A stretch of DNA of 6,407 bases, from sequence record NC_075031.1; one strand, 5' to 3'. Source of the DNA: Enterobacteria phage f1. How positions within the stretch are numbered: position 1 is the first letter of the stretch; each line of letters opens with the position of its first letter. Of this stretch, positions 1-6,368 are shown one piece after another. Below the pieces are notes generated by a model. It saw nothing but the letters and a program-made list of their open reading frames with translations. It ran no database searches and was not told the DNA's origin. Made by a program: the position numbers and the translations under genes.

Positions 1-831
1 AACGCTACTACTATTAGTAGAATTGATGCCACCTTTTCAGCTCGCGCCCCAAATGAAGATATAGCTAAACAGGTTATTGACCATTTGCGAAATGTATCTA
101 ATGGTCAAACTAAATCTACTCGTTCGCAGAATTGGGAATCAACTGTTACATGGAATGAAACTTCCAGACACCGTACTTTAGTTGCATATTTAAAACATGT
201 TGAGCTACAGCACCAGATCCAGCAATTAAGCTCTAAGCCATCCGCAAAAATGACCTCTTATCAAAAGGAGCAATTAAAGATACTCTCTAATCCTGACCTG
301 TTGGAGTTTGCTTCCGGTCTGGTTCGCTTTGAAGCTCGAATTAAAACGCGATATTTGAAGTCTTTCGGGCTTCCTCTTAATCTTTTTGATGCAATCCGCT
401 TTGCTTCTGACTATAATAGTCAGGGTAAAGACCTGATTTTTGATTTATGGTCATTCTCGTTTTCTGAACTGTTTAAAGCATTTGAGGGGGATTCAATGAA
501 TATTTATGACGATTCCGCAGTATTGGACGCTATCCAGTCTAAACATTTTACTATTACCCCCTCTGGCAAAACTTCTTTTGCAAAAGCCTCTCGCTATTTT
601 GGTTTTTATCGTCGTCTGGTAAACGAGGGTTATGATAGTGTTGCTCTTACTATGCCTCGTAATTCCTTTTGGCGTTATGTATCTGCATTAGTTGAATGTG
701 GTATTCCTAAATCTCAACTGATGAATCTTTCTACCTGTAATAATGTTGTTCCGTTAGTTCGTTTTATTAACGTAGATTTTTCTTCCCAACGTCCTGACTG
801 GTATAATGAGCCAGTTCTTAAAATCGCATAA
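1..831 (+). CDS. II: Gene II replication initiator / nicking endonuclease pII, C-terminal 276 codons (continues from 6006..6407 across the circular junction)
   Basis: Frame 1 is open from position 1 to TAA at 829-831. Translation begins NATTISRIDATFSARAPNEDIAKQ and ends NEPVLKIA, matching the pII C-terminus. The ORF-track entry 85..831 is the same frame truncated to its first ATG. Confidence 0.9.
   Translation, partial: NATTISRIDATFSARAPNEDIAKQVIDHLRNVSNGQTKSTRSQNWESTVTWNETSRHRTLVAYLKHVELQHQIQQLSSKPSAKMTSYQKEQLKILSNPDLLEFASGLVRFEARIKTRYLKSFGLPLNLFDAIRFASDYNSQGKDLIFDLWSFSFSELFKAFEGDSMNIYDDSAVLDAIQSKHFTITPSGKTSFAKASRYFGFYRRLVNEGYDSVALTMPRNSFWRYVSALVECGIPKSQLMNLSTCNNVVPLVRFINVDFSSQRPDWYNEPVLKIA
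496..831 (+). CDS. X: Gene X protein (pX), in-frame internal translation start within gene II, 111 aa
   Basis: ATG at 496-498 is in the gene II frame, preceded by the purine-rich GAGGGGG at 484-490. Translation starts MNIYDDSAVLDAIQ and shares the gene II stop. That pX is a separately translated product is established Ff biology. Confidence 0.8.
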   Translation: MNIYDDSAVLDAIQSKHFTITPSGKTSFAKASRYFGFYRRLVNEGYDSVALTMPRNSFWRYVSALVECGIPKSQLMNLSTCNNVVPLVRFINVDFSSQRPDWYNEPVLKIA

Positions 832-842
832 GGTAATTCACA

Positions 843-1106
843 ATGATTAAAGTTGAAATTAAACCATCTCAAGCGCAATTCACTACCCGTTCTGGTGTTT
901 CTCGTCAGGGCAAGCCTTATTCACTGAATGAGCAGCTTTGTTACGTTGATTTGGGTAATGAATATCCGGTGCTTGTCAAGATTACTCTTGATGAAGGTCA
1001 GCCAGCCTATGCGCCTGGTCTGTACACCGTTCATCTATCCTCATTCAAAATTGGTCAGTTCGGTTCCCTTATGATTGACCGTCTGCGCCTCGTTCCGGCT
1101 AAGTAA
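843..1106 (+). CDS. V: Gene V single-stranded DNA-binding protein (pV), 87 aa
   Basis: ORF 843..1106, protein MIKVEIKPSQAQFTTRSGVSRQGKPYSLNEQLCYVDLGNEYPVLVKITLDEGQPAYAPG..., recognisable as Ff g5p. AAGG at 829-832 lies upstream of the ATG. Confidence 0.95.
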   Translation: MIKVEIKPSQAQFTTRSGVSRQGKPYSLNEQLCYVDLGNEYPVLVKITLDEGQPAYAPGLYTVHLSSFKIGQFGSLMIDRLRLVPAK

Positions 1107-1107
1107 C

Positions 1108-1209
1108 ATGGAGCAGGTCGCGGATTTCGACACAATTTATCAGGCGATGATACAAATCTCCGTTGTACTTTGTTTCGCGCTTGGTATAATCGCTGGGGGT
1201 CAAAGATGA
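1108..1209 (+). CDS. VII: Gene VII minor coat protein (pVII), 33 aa
   Basis: ATG at 1108-1110, one nucleotide after the gene V stop (TAA 1104-1106). Translates MEQVADFDTIYQAMIQISVVLCFALGIIAGGQR, stop TGA 1207-1209. Too short to appear in the ORF track; called on position and recognised sequence. Confidence 0.85.
   Translation: MEQVADFDTIYQAMIQISVVLCFALGIIAGGQR
1163..1190 (+). promoter_or_regulatory. Candidate sigma70 promoter upstream of genes IX/VIII (TTGTAC - 16 nt - TATAAT)
   Basis: -35-like TTGTAC at 1163-1168 and consensus -10 TATAAT at 1185-1190 with a 16-nt spacer, inside gene VII. Consistent with the known strong promoter feeding the gene VIII transcript. Exact transcription start not determinable from sequence. 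Confidence 0.45.
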
Positions 1210-1304
1210 GTGTTTTAGTGTATTCTTTCGCCTCTTTCGTTTTAGGTTGGTGCCTTCGTAGTGGCATTACGTATTTTACCCGTTTAATGGAAACTTCCTC
1301 ATGA
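1206..1304 (+). CDS. IX: Gene IX minor coat protein (pIX), 32 aa
   Basis: ATG at 1206-1208 overlaps the gene VII stop in an ATGA arrangement. Translates MSVLVYSFASFVLGWCLRSGITYFTRLMETSS, stop TGA 1302-1304. Absent from the ORF track because of its size. Confidence 0.85.
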   Translation: MSVLVYSFASFVLGWCLRSGITYFTRLMETSS

Positions 1305-1522
1305 AAAAGTCTTTAGTCCTCAAAGCCTCTGTAGCCGTTGCTACCCTCGTTCCGATGCTGTCTTTCGCTGCTGAGGGTGACGATCCCGCAAAAGCGGCCT
1401 TTGACTCCCTGCAAGCCTCAGCGACCGAATATATCGGTTATGCGTGGGCGATGGTTGTTGTCATTGTCGGCGCAACTATCGGTATCAAGCTGTTTAAGAA
1501 ATTTACCTCGAAAGCAAGCTGA
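1301..1522 (+). CDS. VIII: Gene VIII major coat protein (pVIII) precursor, 73 aa (23-aa signal peptide + 50-aa mature protein)
   Basis: ORF 1301..1522. MKKSLVLKASVAVATLVPMLSFA signal followed by mature AEGDDPAKAAFDSLQASATEYIGYAWAMVVVIVGATIGIKLFKKFTSKAS. Start overlaps the gene IX stop (ATGA). No insert between the signal peptide and the mature N-terminus. Confidence 0.95.
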   Translation: MKKSLVLKASVAVATLVPMLSFAAEGDDPAKAAFDSLQASATEYIGYAWAMVVVIVGATIGIKLFKKFTSKAS

Positions 1523-1537
1523 TAAACCGATACAATT

Positions 1538-1565
1538 AAAGGCTCCTTTTGGAGCCTTTTTTTTT
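1538..1565 (+). terminator. Rho-independent terminator after gene VIII (the central terminator)
   Basis: Inverted repeat AAAGGCTCC (1538-1546) / GGAGCCTTT (1551-1559) with a TTTT loop, followed by a run of nine T (1557-1565), 16 nt after the gene VIII stop. Confidence 0.8.
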
Positions 1566-1578
1566 GGAGATTTTCAAC

Positions 1579-2853
1579 GTGAAAAAATTATTATTCGCAA
1601 TTCCTTTAGTTGTTCCTTTCTATTCTCACTCCGCTGAAACTGTTGAAAGTTGTTTAGCAAAACCCCATACAGAAAATTCATTTACTAACGTCTGGAAAGA
1701 CGACAAAACTTTAGATCGTTACGCTAACTATGAGGGCTGTCTGTGGAATGCTACAGGCGTTGTAGTTTGTACTGGTGACGAAACTCAGTGTTACGGTACA
1801 TGGGTTCCTATTGGGCTTGCTATCCCTGAAAATGAGGGTGGTGGCTCTGAGGGTGGCGGTTCTGAGGGTGGCGGCTCTGAGGGTGGCGGTACTAAACCTC
1901 CTGAGTACGGTGATACACCTATTCCGGGCTATACTTGTATCAACCCTCTCGACGGCACTTATCCGCCTGGTACTGAGCAAAACCCCGCTAATCCTAATCC
2001 TTCTCTTGAGGAGTCTCAGCCTCTTAATACTTTCATGTTTCAGAATAATAGGTTCCGAAATAGGCAGGGGGCATTAACTGTTTATACGGGCACTGTTACT
2101 CAAGGCACTGACCCCGTTAAAACTTATTACCAGTACACTCCTGTATCATCAAAAGCCATGTATGACGCTTACTGGAACGGTAAATTCAGAGACTGCGCTT
2201 TCCATTCTGGCTTTAATGAGGATCCATTCGTTTGTGAATATCAAGGCCAATCGTCTGACCTGCCTCAACCTCCTGTTAATGCTGGCGGCGGCTCTGGTGG
2301 TGGTTCTGGTGGCGGCTCTGAGGGTGGTGGCTCTGAGGGTGGCGGTTCTGAGGGTGGCGGCTCTGAGGGTGGCGGTTCCGGTGGTGGCTCTGGTTCCGGT
2401 GATTTTGATTATGAAAAGATGGCAAACACTAATAAGGGGGCTATGACCGAAAATGCCGATGAAAATGTGCTACAGTCTGACGCTAAAGGCAAACTTGATT
2501 CTGTCGCTACTGATTACGGTGCTGCTATCGACGGTTTCATTGGTGACGTTTCCGGCCTTGCTAATGATAATGGTGCTACTGGTGATTTTGCTGACTCTAA
2601 TTCCCAAATGGCTCAAGTCGGTGACGGTGATAATTCACCTTTAATGAATAATTTCCGTCAATATTTACCTTCCCTCCCTCAATCGGTTGAATGTCGCCCT
2701 TTTGTCTTTGGCGCTGGTAAACCATATGAATTTTCTATTGATTGTGATAAAATAAACTTATTCCGTGGTGTCTTTGCGTTTCTTTTATATGTTGCCACCT
2801 TTATGTATGTACTTTCGACATTTGCTAACATACTACGTAATAAGGAGTCTTAA
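1579..2853 (+). CDS. III: Gene III minor coat / adsorption protein (pIII) precursor, 424 aa, GTG start
   Basis: The ORF-track entry 1549..2853 begins at an upstream ATG, but the recognised pIII N-terminus [33 protein letters not shown] starts at GTG 1579-1581, which has GGAG at 1566-1569 upstream. Domain layout signal-N1-Gly linker-N2-Gly linker-CT is evident, ending ...ANILRNKES at TAA 2851-2853. Confidence 0.93.
   Translation: MKKLLFAIPLVVPFYSHSAETVESCLAKPHTENSFTNVWKDDKTLDRYANYEGCLWNATGVVVCTGDETQCYGTWVPIGLAIPENEGGGSEGGGSEGGGSEGGGTKPPEYGDTPIPGYTCINPLDGTYPPGTEQNPANPNPSLEESQPLNTFMFQNNRFRNRQGALTVYTGTVTQGTDPVKTYYQYTPVSSKAMYDAYWNGKFRDCAFHSGFNEDPFVCEYQGQSSDLPQPPVNAGGGSGGGSGGGSEGGGSEGGGSEGGGSEGGGSGGGSGSGDFDYEKMANTNKGAMTENADENVLQSDAKGKLDSVATDYGAAIDGFIGDVSGLANDNGATGDFADSNSQMAQVGDGDNSPLMNNFRQYLPSLPQSVECRPFVFGAGKPYEFSIDCDKINLFRGVFAFLLYVATFMYVLSTFANILRNKES
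1834..1893 (+). repeat. Tandem 15-nt repeats (4 units) encoding the EGGGS-type glycine linker 1 of pIII
   Basis: Units gagggtggtggctct / gagggtggcggttct / gagggtggcggctct / gagggtggcggtact, read in the gene III frame as [20 protein letters not shown]. Confidence 0.9.
2284..2400 (+). repeat. Tandem GGGS/EGGGS-encoding repeats, glycine linker 2 of pIII (39 aa)
   Basis: Repeated ggtggtggctct / gagggtggcggttct units, read as [39 protein letters not shown] in the gene III frame. Confidence 0.9.
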
Positions 2854-2855
2854 TC

Positions 2856-3194
2856 ATGCCAATTCTTTTGGGTATTCCGTTATTATTGCGTTTCCTCGGT
2901 TTCCTTCTGGTAACTTTGTTCGGCTATCTGCTAACTTTTCTTAAAAAGGGCTTCGGTAAGATAGCTATTGCTATTTCATTGTTTCTTGCTCTTATTATTG
3001 GGCTTAACTCAATTCTTGTGGGTTATCTCTCTGATATTAGCGCTCAATTACCCTCTGACTTTGTTCAGGGCGTTCAGTTAATTCTCCCGTCTAATGCGCT
3101 TCCCTGTTTTTATGTTATTCTCTCTGTAAAGTCTGCTATTTTCATTTTTGACGTTAAACAAAAAATCGTTTCTTATTTGGATTGGGATAAATAA
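2856..3194 (+). CDS. VI: Gene VI minor coat protein (pVI), 112 aa
   Basis: ORF 2856..3194, hydrophobic protein MPILLGIPLLLRFLGFLLVTLFGYLLTFLKKGFGKIAIAIS... Strong AAGGAG at 2842-2847. ATG lies 2 nt after the gene III stop. Confidence 0.92.
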   Translation: MPILLGIPLLLRFLGFLLVTLFGYLLTFLKKGFGKIAIAISLFLALIIGLNSILVGYLSDISAQLPSDFVQGVQLILPSNALPCFYVILSVKSAIFIFDVKQKIVSYLDWDK

Positions 3195-3195
3195 T

Positions 3196-4242
3196 ATGGC
3201 TGTTTATTTTGTAACTGGCAAATTAGGCTCTGGAAAGACGCTCGTTAGCGTTGGTAAGATTCAGGATAAAATTGTAGCTGGGTGCAAAATAGCAACTAAT
3301 CTTGATTTAAGGCTTCAAAACCTCCCGCAAGTCGGGAGGTTCGCTAAGACGCCTCGCGTTCTTAGAATACCGGATAAGCCTTCTATATCTGATTTGCTTG
3401 CTATTGGGCGCGGTAATGATTCCTACGATGAAAATAAAAACGGCTTGCTTGTTCTCGATGAGTGCGGTACTTGGTTTAATACCCGTTCTTGGAATGATAA
3501 GGAAAGACAGCCGATTATTGACTGGTTTCTACATGCTCGTAAATTAGGATGGGATATTATTTTTCTTGTTCAGGACTTATCTATTGTTGATAAACAGGCG
3601 CGTTCTGCATTAGCTGAAAATGTTGTTTATTGTCGTCGTCTGGACAGAATTACTTTGCCTTTTGTCGGTACTTTATATTCTCTTATTACTGGCTCGAAAA
3701 TGCCTCTGCCTAAATTACATGTTGGCGTTGTTAAATATGGCGATTCTCAATTAAGCCCTACTGTTGAGCGTTGGCTTTATACTGGTAAGAATTTGTATAA
3801 CGCATATGATACTAAACAGGCTTTTTCCAGTAATTATGATTCCGGTGTTTATTCTTATTTAACGCCTTATTTATCACACGGTCGGTATTTCAAACCATTA
3901 AATTTAGGTCAGAAGATGAAATTAACTAAAATATATTTGAAAAAGTTTTCTCGCGTTCTTTGTCTTGCGATTGGATTTGCATCAGCATTTACATATAGTT
4001 ATATAACCCAACCTAAGCCGGAGGTTAAAAAGGTAGTCTCTCAAACCTATGATTTTGATAAATTCACTATTGACTCTTCTCAGCGTCTTAATCTAAGCTA
4101 TCGCTATGTTTTCAAGGATTCTAAGGGAAAATTAATTAATAGCGACGATTTACAGAAGCAAGGTTATTCACTCACATATATTGATTTATGTACTGTTTCC
4201 ATTAAAAAAGGTAATTCAAATGAAATTGTTAAATGTAATTAA
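3196..4242 (+). CDS. I: Gene I assembly protein (pI), inner-membrane ATPase, 348 aa
   Basis: The ORF-track entry 3148..4242 extends upstream into gene VI, but the recognised pI start is ATG 3196-3198 (MAVYFVTGKLGSGKT...), immediately after the gene VI stop (TAA 3192-3194). Walker A motif GKLGSGKT at residues 8-15 (about 3217-3240). Confidence 0.9.
   Translation: MAVYFVTGKLGSGKTLVSVGKIQDKIVAGCKIATNLDLRLQNLPQVGRFAKTPRVLRIPDKPSISDLLAIGRGNDSYDENKNGLLVLDECGTWFNTRSWNDKERQPIIDWFLHARKLGWDIIFLVQDLSIVDKQARSALAENVVYCRRLDRITLPFVGTLYSLITGSKMPLPKLHVGVVKYGDSQLSPTVERWLYTGKNLYNAYDTKQAFSSNYDSGVYSYLTPYLSHGRYFKPLNLGQKMKLTKIYLKKFSRVLCLAIGFASAFTYSYITQPKPEVKKVVSQTYDFDKFTIDSSQRLNLSYRYVFKDSKGKLINSDDLQKQGYSLTYIDLCTVSIKKGNSNEIVKCN
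3916..4242 (+). CDS. XI: Gene XI protein (pXI / pI*), in-frame internal start within gene I, 108 aa
   Basis: ATG at 3916-3918 is codon 241 of gene I. Translates MKLTKIYLKKFSRVLCLAIGFASAF... and shares the gene I stop. Independent translation is established Ff biology; from sequence alone only the in-frame ATG is visible. Confidence 0.7.
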   Translation: MKLTKIYLKKFSRVLCLAIGFASAFTYSYITQPKPEVKKVVSQTYDFDKFTIDSSQRLNLSYRYVFKDSKGKLINSDDLQKQGYSLTYIDLCTVSIKKGNSNEIVKCN

Positions 4243-5500
4243 TTTTGTTTTCTTGATGTTTGTTTCATCATCTTCTTTTGCTCAAGTAATTGAAATGAAT
4301 AATTCGCCTCTGCGCGATTTCGTTACTTGGTATTCAAAGCAAACAGGTGAATCTGTTATTGTCTCGTCTGATGTTAAGGGTACTGTGACTGTATATTCAT
4401 CTGACGTTAAACCTGAAAATCTACGCAATTTCTTTATTTCTGTTTTACGTGCAAATAATTTTGATATGGTAGGTTCTAACCCTTCCATTATTCAGAAGTA
4501 TGATCCAAACAATCAGGACTATATTGATGAATTGCCATCATCTAATAATCAGGAATATGATGATAATTCCGCTCCTTCTGGTGGTTTCTTTGTTCCGCAA
4601 AATGATAATGTTACTCAAACTTTTAAAATTAATAACGTTCGGGCAAAGGATTTAATACGAGTTGTAGAATTGTTTGTTAAATCTAATACTTCTAAATCCT
4701 CAAATGTATTATCTATTGACGGCTCTAATCTATTAGTTGTTAGTGCTCCTAAAGATATTTTAAATAACCTTCCTCAATTCCTTTCAACTGTTGATTTGCC
4801 AACTGACCAGATATTGATTGAGGGTTTGATATTTGAGGTTCAGCAAGGTGATACTTTAGATTTTTCATTTGCTGCTGGCTCTCAGCGTGGCACTGTTGCA
4901 GGCGGTGTTAATACTGACCGCCTCACCTCTGTTTTATCTTCTGCTGGTGGTTCGTTCGGTATTTTTAATGGCGATGTTTTAGGGCTATCAGTTCGCGCAT
5001 TAAAGACTAATAGCCATTCAAAAATATTGTCTGTGCCACGTATTCTTACGCTTTCAGGTCAGAAGGGTTCTATTTCTGTTGGTCAGAATGTCCCTTTTAT
5101 TACTGGTCGTGTGACTGGTGAATCTGCCAATGTAAATAATCCATTTCAGACGATTGAGCGTCAAAATGTAGGTATTTCCATGAGCGTTTTTCCTGTTGCA
5201 ATGGCTGGCGGTAATATTGTTCTGGATATTACCAGCAAGGCCGATAGTTTGAGTTCTTCTACTCAGGCAAGTGATGTTATTACTAATCAAAGAAGTATTG
5301 CGACAACGGTTAATTTGCGTGATGGACAGACTCTTTTACTCGGTGGCCTCACTGATTATAAAAACACTTCTCAGGATTCTGGCGTACCGTTCCTGTCTAA
5401 AATCCCTTTAATCGGCCTCCTGTTTAGCTCCCGCTCTGATTCTAACGAAGAAAGCACGTTATACGTGCTCGTCAAAGCAACCATAGTACGCGCCCTGTAG
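4220..5500 (+). CDS. IV: Gene IV outer-membrane secretin (pIV) precursor, 426 aa
   Basis: The ORF-track entry 4181..5500 starts at an upstream ATG, but the recognised pIV N-terminus MKLLNVINFVFLMFVSSSSFA (signal peptide) begins at ATG 4220-4222, with AAGG at 4208-4211 upstream. It overlaps the gene I 3' end by 23 nt. The C-terminal secretin region ends ...LYVLVKATIVRAL at TAG 5498-5500. Confidence 0.93.
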   Translation: MKLLNVINFVFLMFVSSSSFAQVIEMNNSPLRDFVTWYSKQTGESVIVSSDVKGTVTVYSSDVKPENLRNFFISVLRANNFDMVGSNPSIIQKYDPNNQDYIDELPSSNNQEYDDNSAPSGGFFVPQNDNVTQTFKINNVRAKDLIRVVELFVKSNTSKSSNVLSIDGSNLLVVSAPKDILNNLPQFLSTVDLPTDQILIEGLIFEVQQGDTLDFSFAAGSQRGTVAGGVNTDRLTSVLSSAGGSFGIFNGDVLGLSVRALKTNSHSKILSVPRILTLSGQKGSISVGQNVPFITGRVTGESANVNNPFQTIERQNVGISMSVFPVAMAGGNIVLDITSKADSLSSSTQASDVITNQRSIATTVNLRDGQTLLLGGLTDYKNTSQDSGVPFLSKIPLIGLLFSSRSDSNEESTLYVLVKATIVRAL

Positions 5501-5577
5501 CGGCGCATTAAGCGCGGCGGGTGTGGTGGTTACGCGCAGCGTGACCGCTACACTTGCCAGCGCCCTAGCGCCCGCTC
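5499..5577 (+). other. Packaging signal (morphogenetic signal) imperfect hairpin
   Basis: GC-rich imperfect inverted repeat directly after gene IV: 5' arm agcggcgcattaagcgcggcgggtgtggtgg pairs with 3' arm ...ccgctacacttgccagcgccctagcgcccgct. Position and sequence match the Ff packaging hairpin (established knowledge). The region also hosts the rho-dependent terminator after gene IV. Confidence 0.65.
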
Positions 5578-5579
5578 CT

Positions 5580-5720
5580 TTCGCTTTCTTCCCTTCCTTT
5601 CTCGCCACGTTCGCCGGCTTTCCCCGTCAAGCTCTAAATCGGGGGCTCCCTTTAGGGTTCCGATTTAGTGCTTTACGGCACCTCGACCCCAAAAAACTTG
5701 ATTAGGGTGATGGTTCACGT
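5580..5720 (+). promoter_or_regulatory. Minus-strand (complementary-strand) origin hairpins, priming site for host RNA polymerase
   Basis: Further hairpin-forming segments, e.g. tttccccg...cggggg near 5610-5645 and ccgatttagtgctttacggcacc near 5660-5685. Function assigned from the known Ff intergenic-region layout; boundaries approximate. Confidence 0.45.
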
Positions 5721-5765
5721 AGTGGGCCATCGCCCTGATAGACGGTTTTTCGCCCTTTGACGTTG

Positions 5766-5905
5766 GAGTCCACGTTCTTTAATAGTGGACTCTTGTTCCA
5801 AACTGGAACAACACTCAACCCTATCTCGGTCTGTTCTTTTGATTTATAAGGGATTTTGCCGATTTCGGCCTATTAGTTAAAAAATGAGCTGATTTAACAA
5901 AAATT
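5766..5905 (+). promoter_or_regulatory. Plus-strand origin of rolling-circle replication: pII nick-site hairpin, pII binding repeat and AT-rich enhancer
   Basis: Hairpin gagtccac (5766-5773) / gtggactc (5785-5792) carries CTTT/AATAGTGGAC in its loop; the known pII nick lies between T5780 and A5781. An adjacent inverted repeat ttgttcc (5793-5799) / ggaacaa (5805-5811) follows, then an AT-rich enhancer to about 5905. No cloning insert interrupts the region. Confidence 0.75.
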
Positions 5906-5933
5906 TAACGCGAATTTTAACAAAATATTAACG

Positions 5934-5962
5934 TTTACAATTTAAATATTTGCTTATACAAT
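5934..5962 (+). promoter_or_regulatory. Candidate gene II promoter (TTTACA - 17 nt - TACAAT)
   Basis: -35-like TTTACA at 5934-5939 and -10-like TACAAT at 5957-5962 with a 17-nt spacer, about 45 nt upstream of the gene II ATG. GGAG at 5997-6000 is the likely ribosome-binding site. Confidence 0.45.
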
Positions 5963-6005
5963 CTTCCTGTTTTTGGAACTTTTCTGATTATCAACCGGAG
6001 TACAT

Positions 6006-6368
6006 ATGATTGACATGCTAGTTTTACGATTACCGTTCATCGATTCTCTTGTTTGCTCCAGACTCTCAAGCAATGACCTGATAGCCTTTGTAGACCTCTC
6101 AAAAATAGCTACCCTCTCCGACATGAATTTATCAGCTAGAACGGTTGAATATCATATTAATGGTGATTTGACTGTCTCCGGCCTTTCTCACCCGTTTGAA
6201 TCTTTACCTACACATTACTCAGGCATTGCATTTAAAATATATGAGGGTTCTAAAAATTTTTATCCTTGCGTTGAAATAAAGGCTTCTCCCGCAAAAGTAT
6301 TACAGGGTCATAATGTTTTTGGTACAACCGATTTAGCTTTATGCTCTGAGGCTTTATTGCTTAATTTT
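6006..6368 (+). CDS. II: Gene II replication initiator pII, N-terminal 121 codons (runs into the N-masked region and continues at position 1)
   Basis: ATG 6006-6008 opens a frame reading MIDMLVLRLPFIDSLVCSRLSSNDLIAFVDLSKIATLS...GTTDLALCSEALLLNF with no stop before the N run. The frame and length connect exactly to the frame-1 ORF at position 1. It is absent from the ORF track because it has no stop inside the window. Confidence 0.9.

Noticed and set aside
1055-1267. Antisense ORF of 70 aa overlapping genes V, VII and IX
   Set aside because: Ff phages express all genes from one strand. This ORF lies opposite recognised genes, has no ribosome-binding site context, and its arginine/proline-rich translation looks like a by-product of the sense-strand codon usage.
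1338-1637. Alternative-frame + strand ORF of 99 aa overlapping gene VIII and the terminator
   Set aside because: Out of frame with the recognised pVIII, spans the rho-independent terminator, and has no recognisable product. A chance open frame.
1711-2446. Three ORFs (1711..1980 -, 1775..2077 +, 2162..2446 +) with repetitive ALRVA/TLRTA translations
   Set aside because: They are the alternative-frame and reverse-complement readings of the tandem Gly-Ser linker repeats of gene III, so they are artefacts of repeat periodicity.
2453-2644. Alternative-frame ORF of 63 aa inside gene III
   Set aside because: Embedded out of frame in the pIII C-terminal domain; the hydrophobic low-complexity translation is typical of chance frames in AT/T-rich coding sequence.
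1549-4219. Upstream ATG starts proposed by the ORF track for gene III (1549), gene I (3148) and gene IV (4181)
   Set aside because: These are maximal-ORF extensions. The recognised N-termini and ribosome-binding sites place the true starts at 1579 (GTG), 3196 and 4220; the extensions run into the terminator or the preceding gene.
4282-5290. Antisense ORFs 4282..4488 and 5054..5290 inside gene IV
   Set aside because: Opposite strand to the recognised secretin gene, no start-site signals, and no antisense genes are known in Ff phages.
5499-5577. GC-rich palindromic segment considered as a possible CRISPR repeat or transposon inverted repeat
   Set aside because: It is a single imperfect hairpin with no spacer-repeat periodicity and no flanking transposase. 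It matches the Ff packaging signal.
5523-5705. ORF of 60 aa in the intergenic region
   Set aside because: Lies across the packaging hairpin and minus-strand origin; its open frame is explained by the GC-rich stop-poor structured DNA, and it has no ribosome-binding site.
5840-5960. AT-rich stretch considered as a possible insertion site or cloning-vector remnant
   Set aside because: The sequence runs continuously from the plus-strand origin enhancer into the gene II promoter, with no polylinker, lacZ-alpha or resistance-gene sequence.
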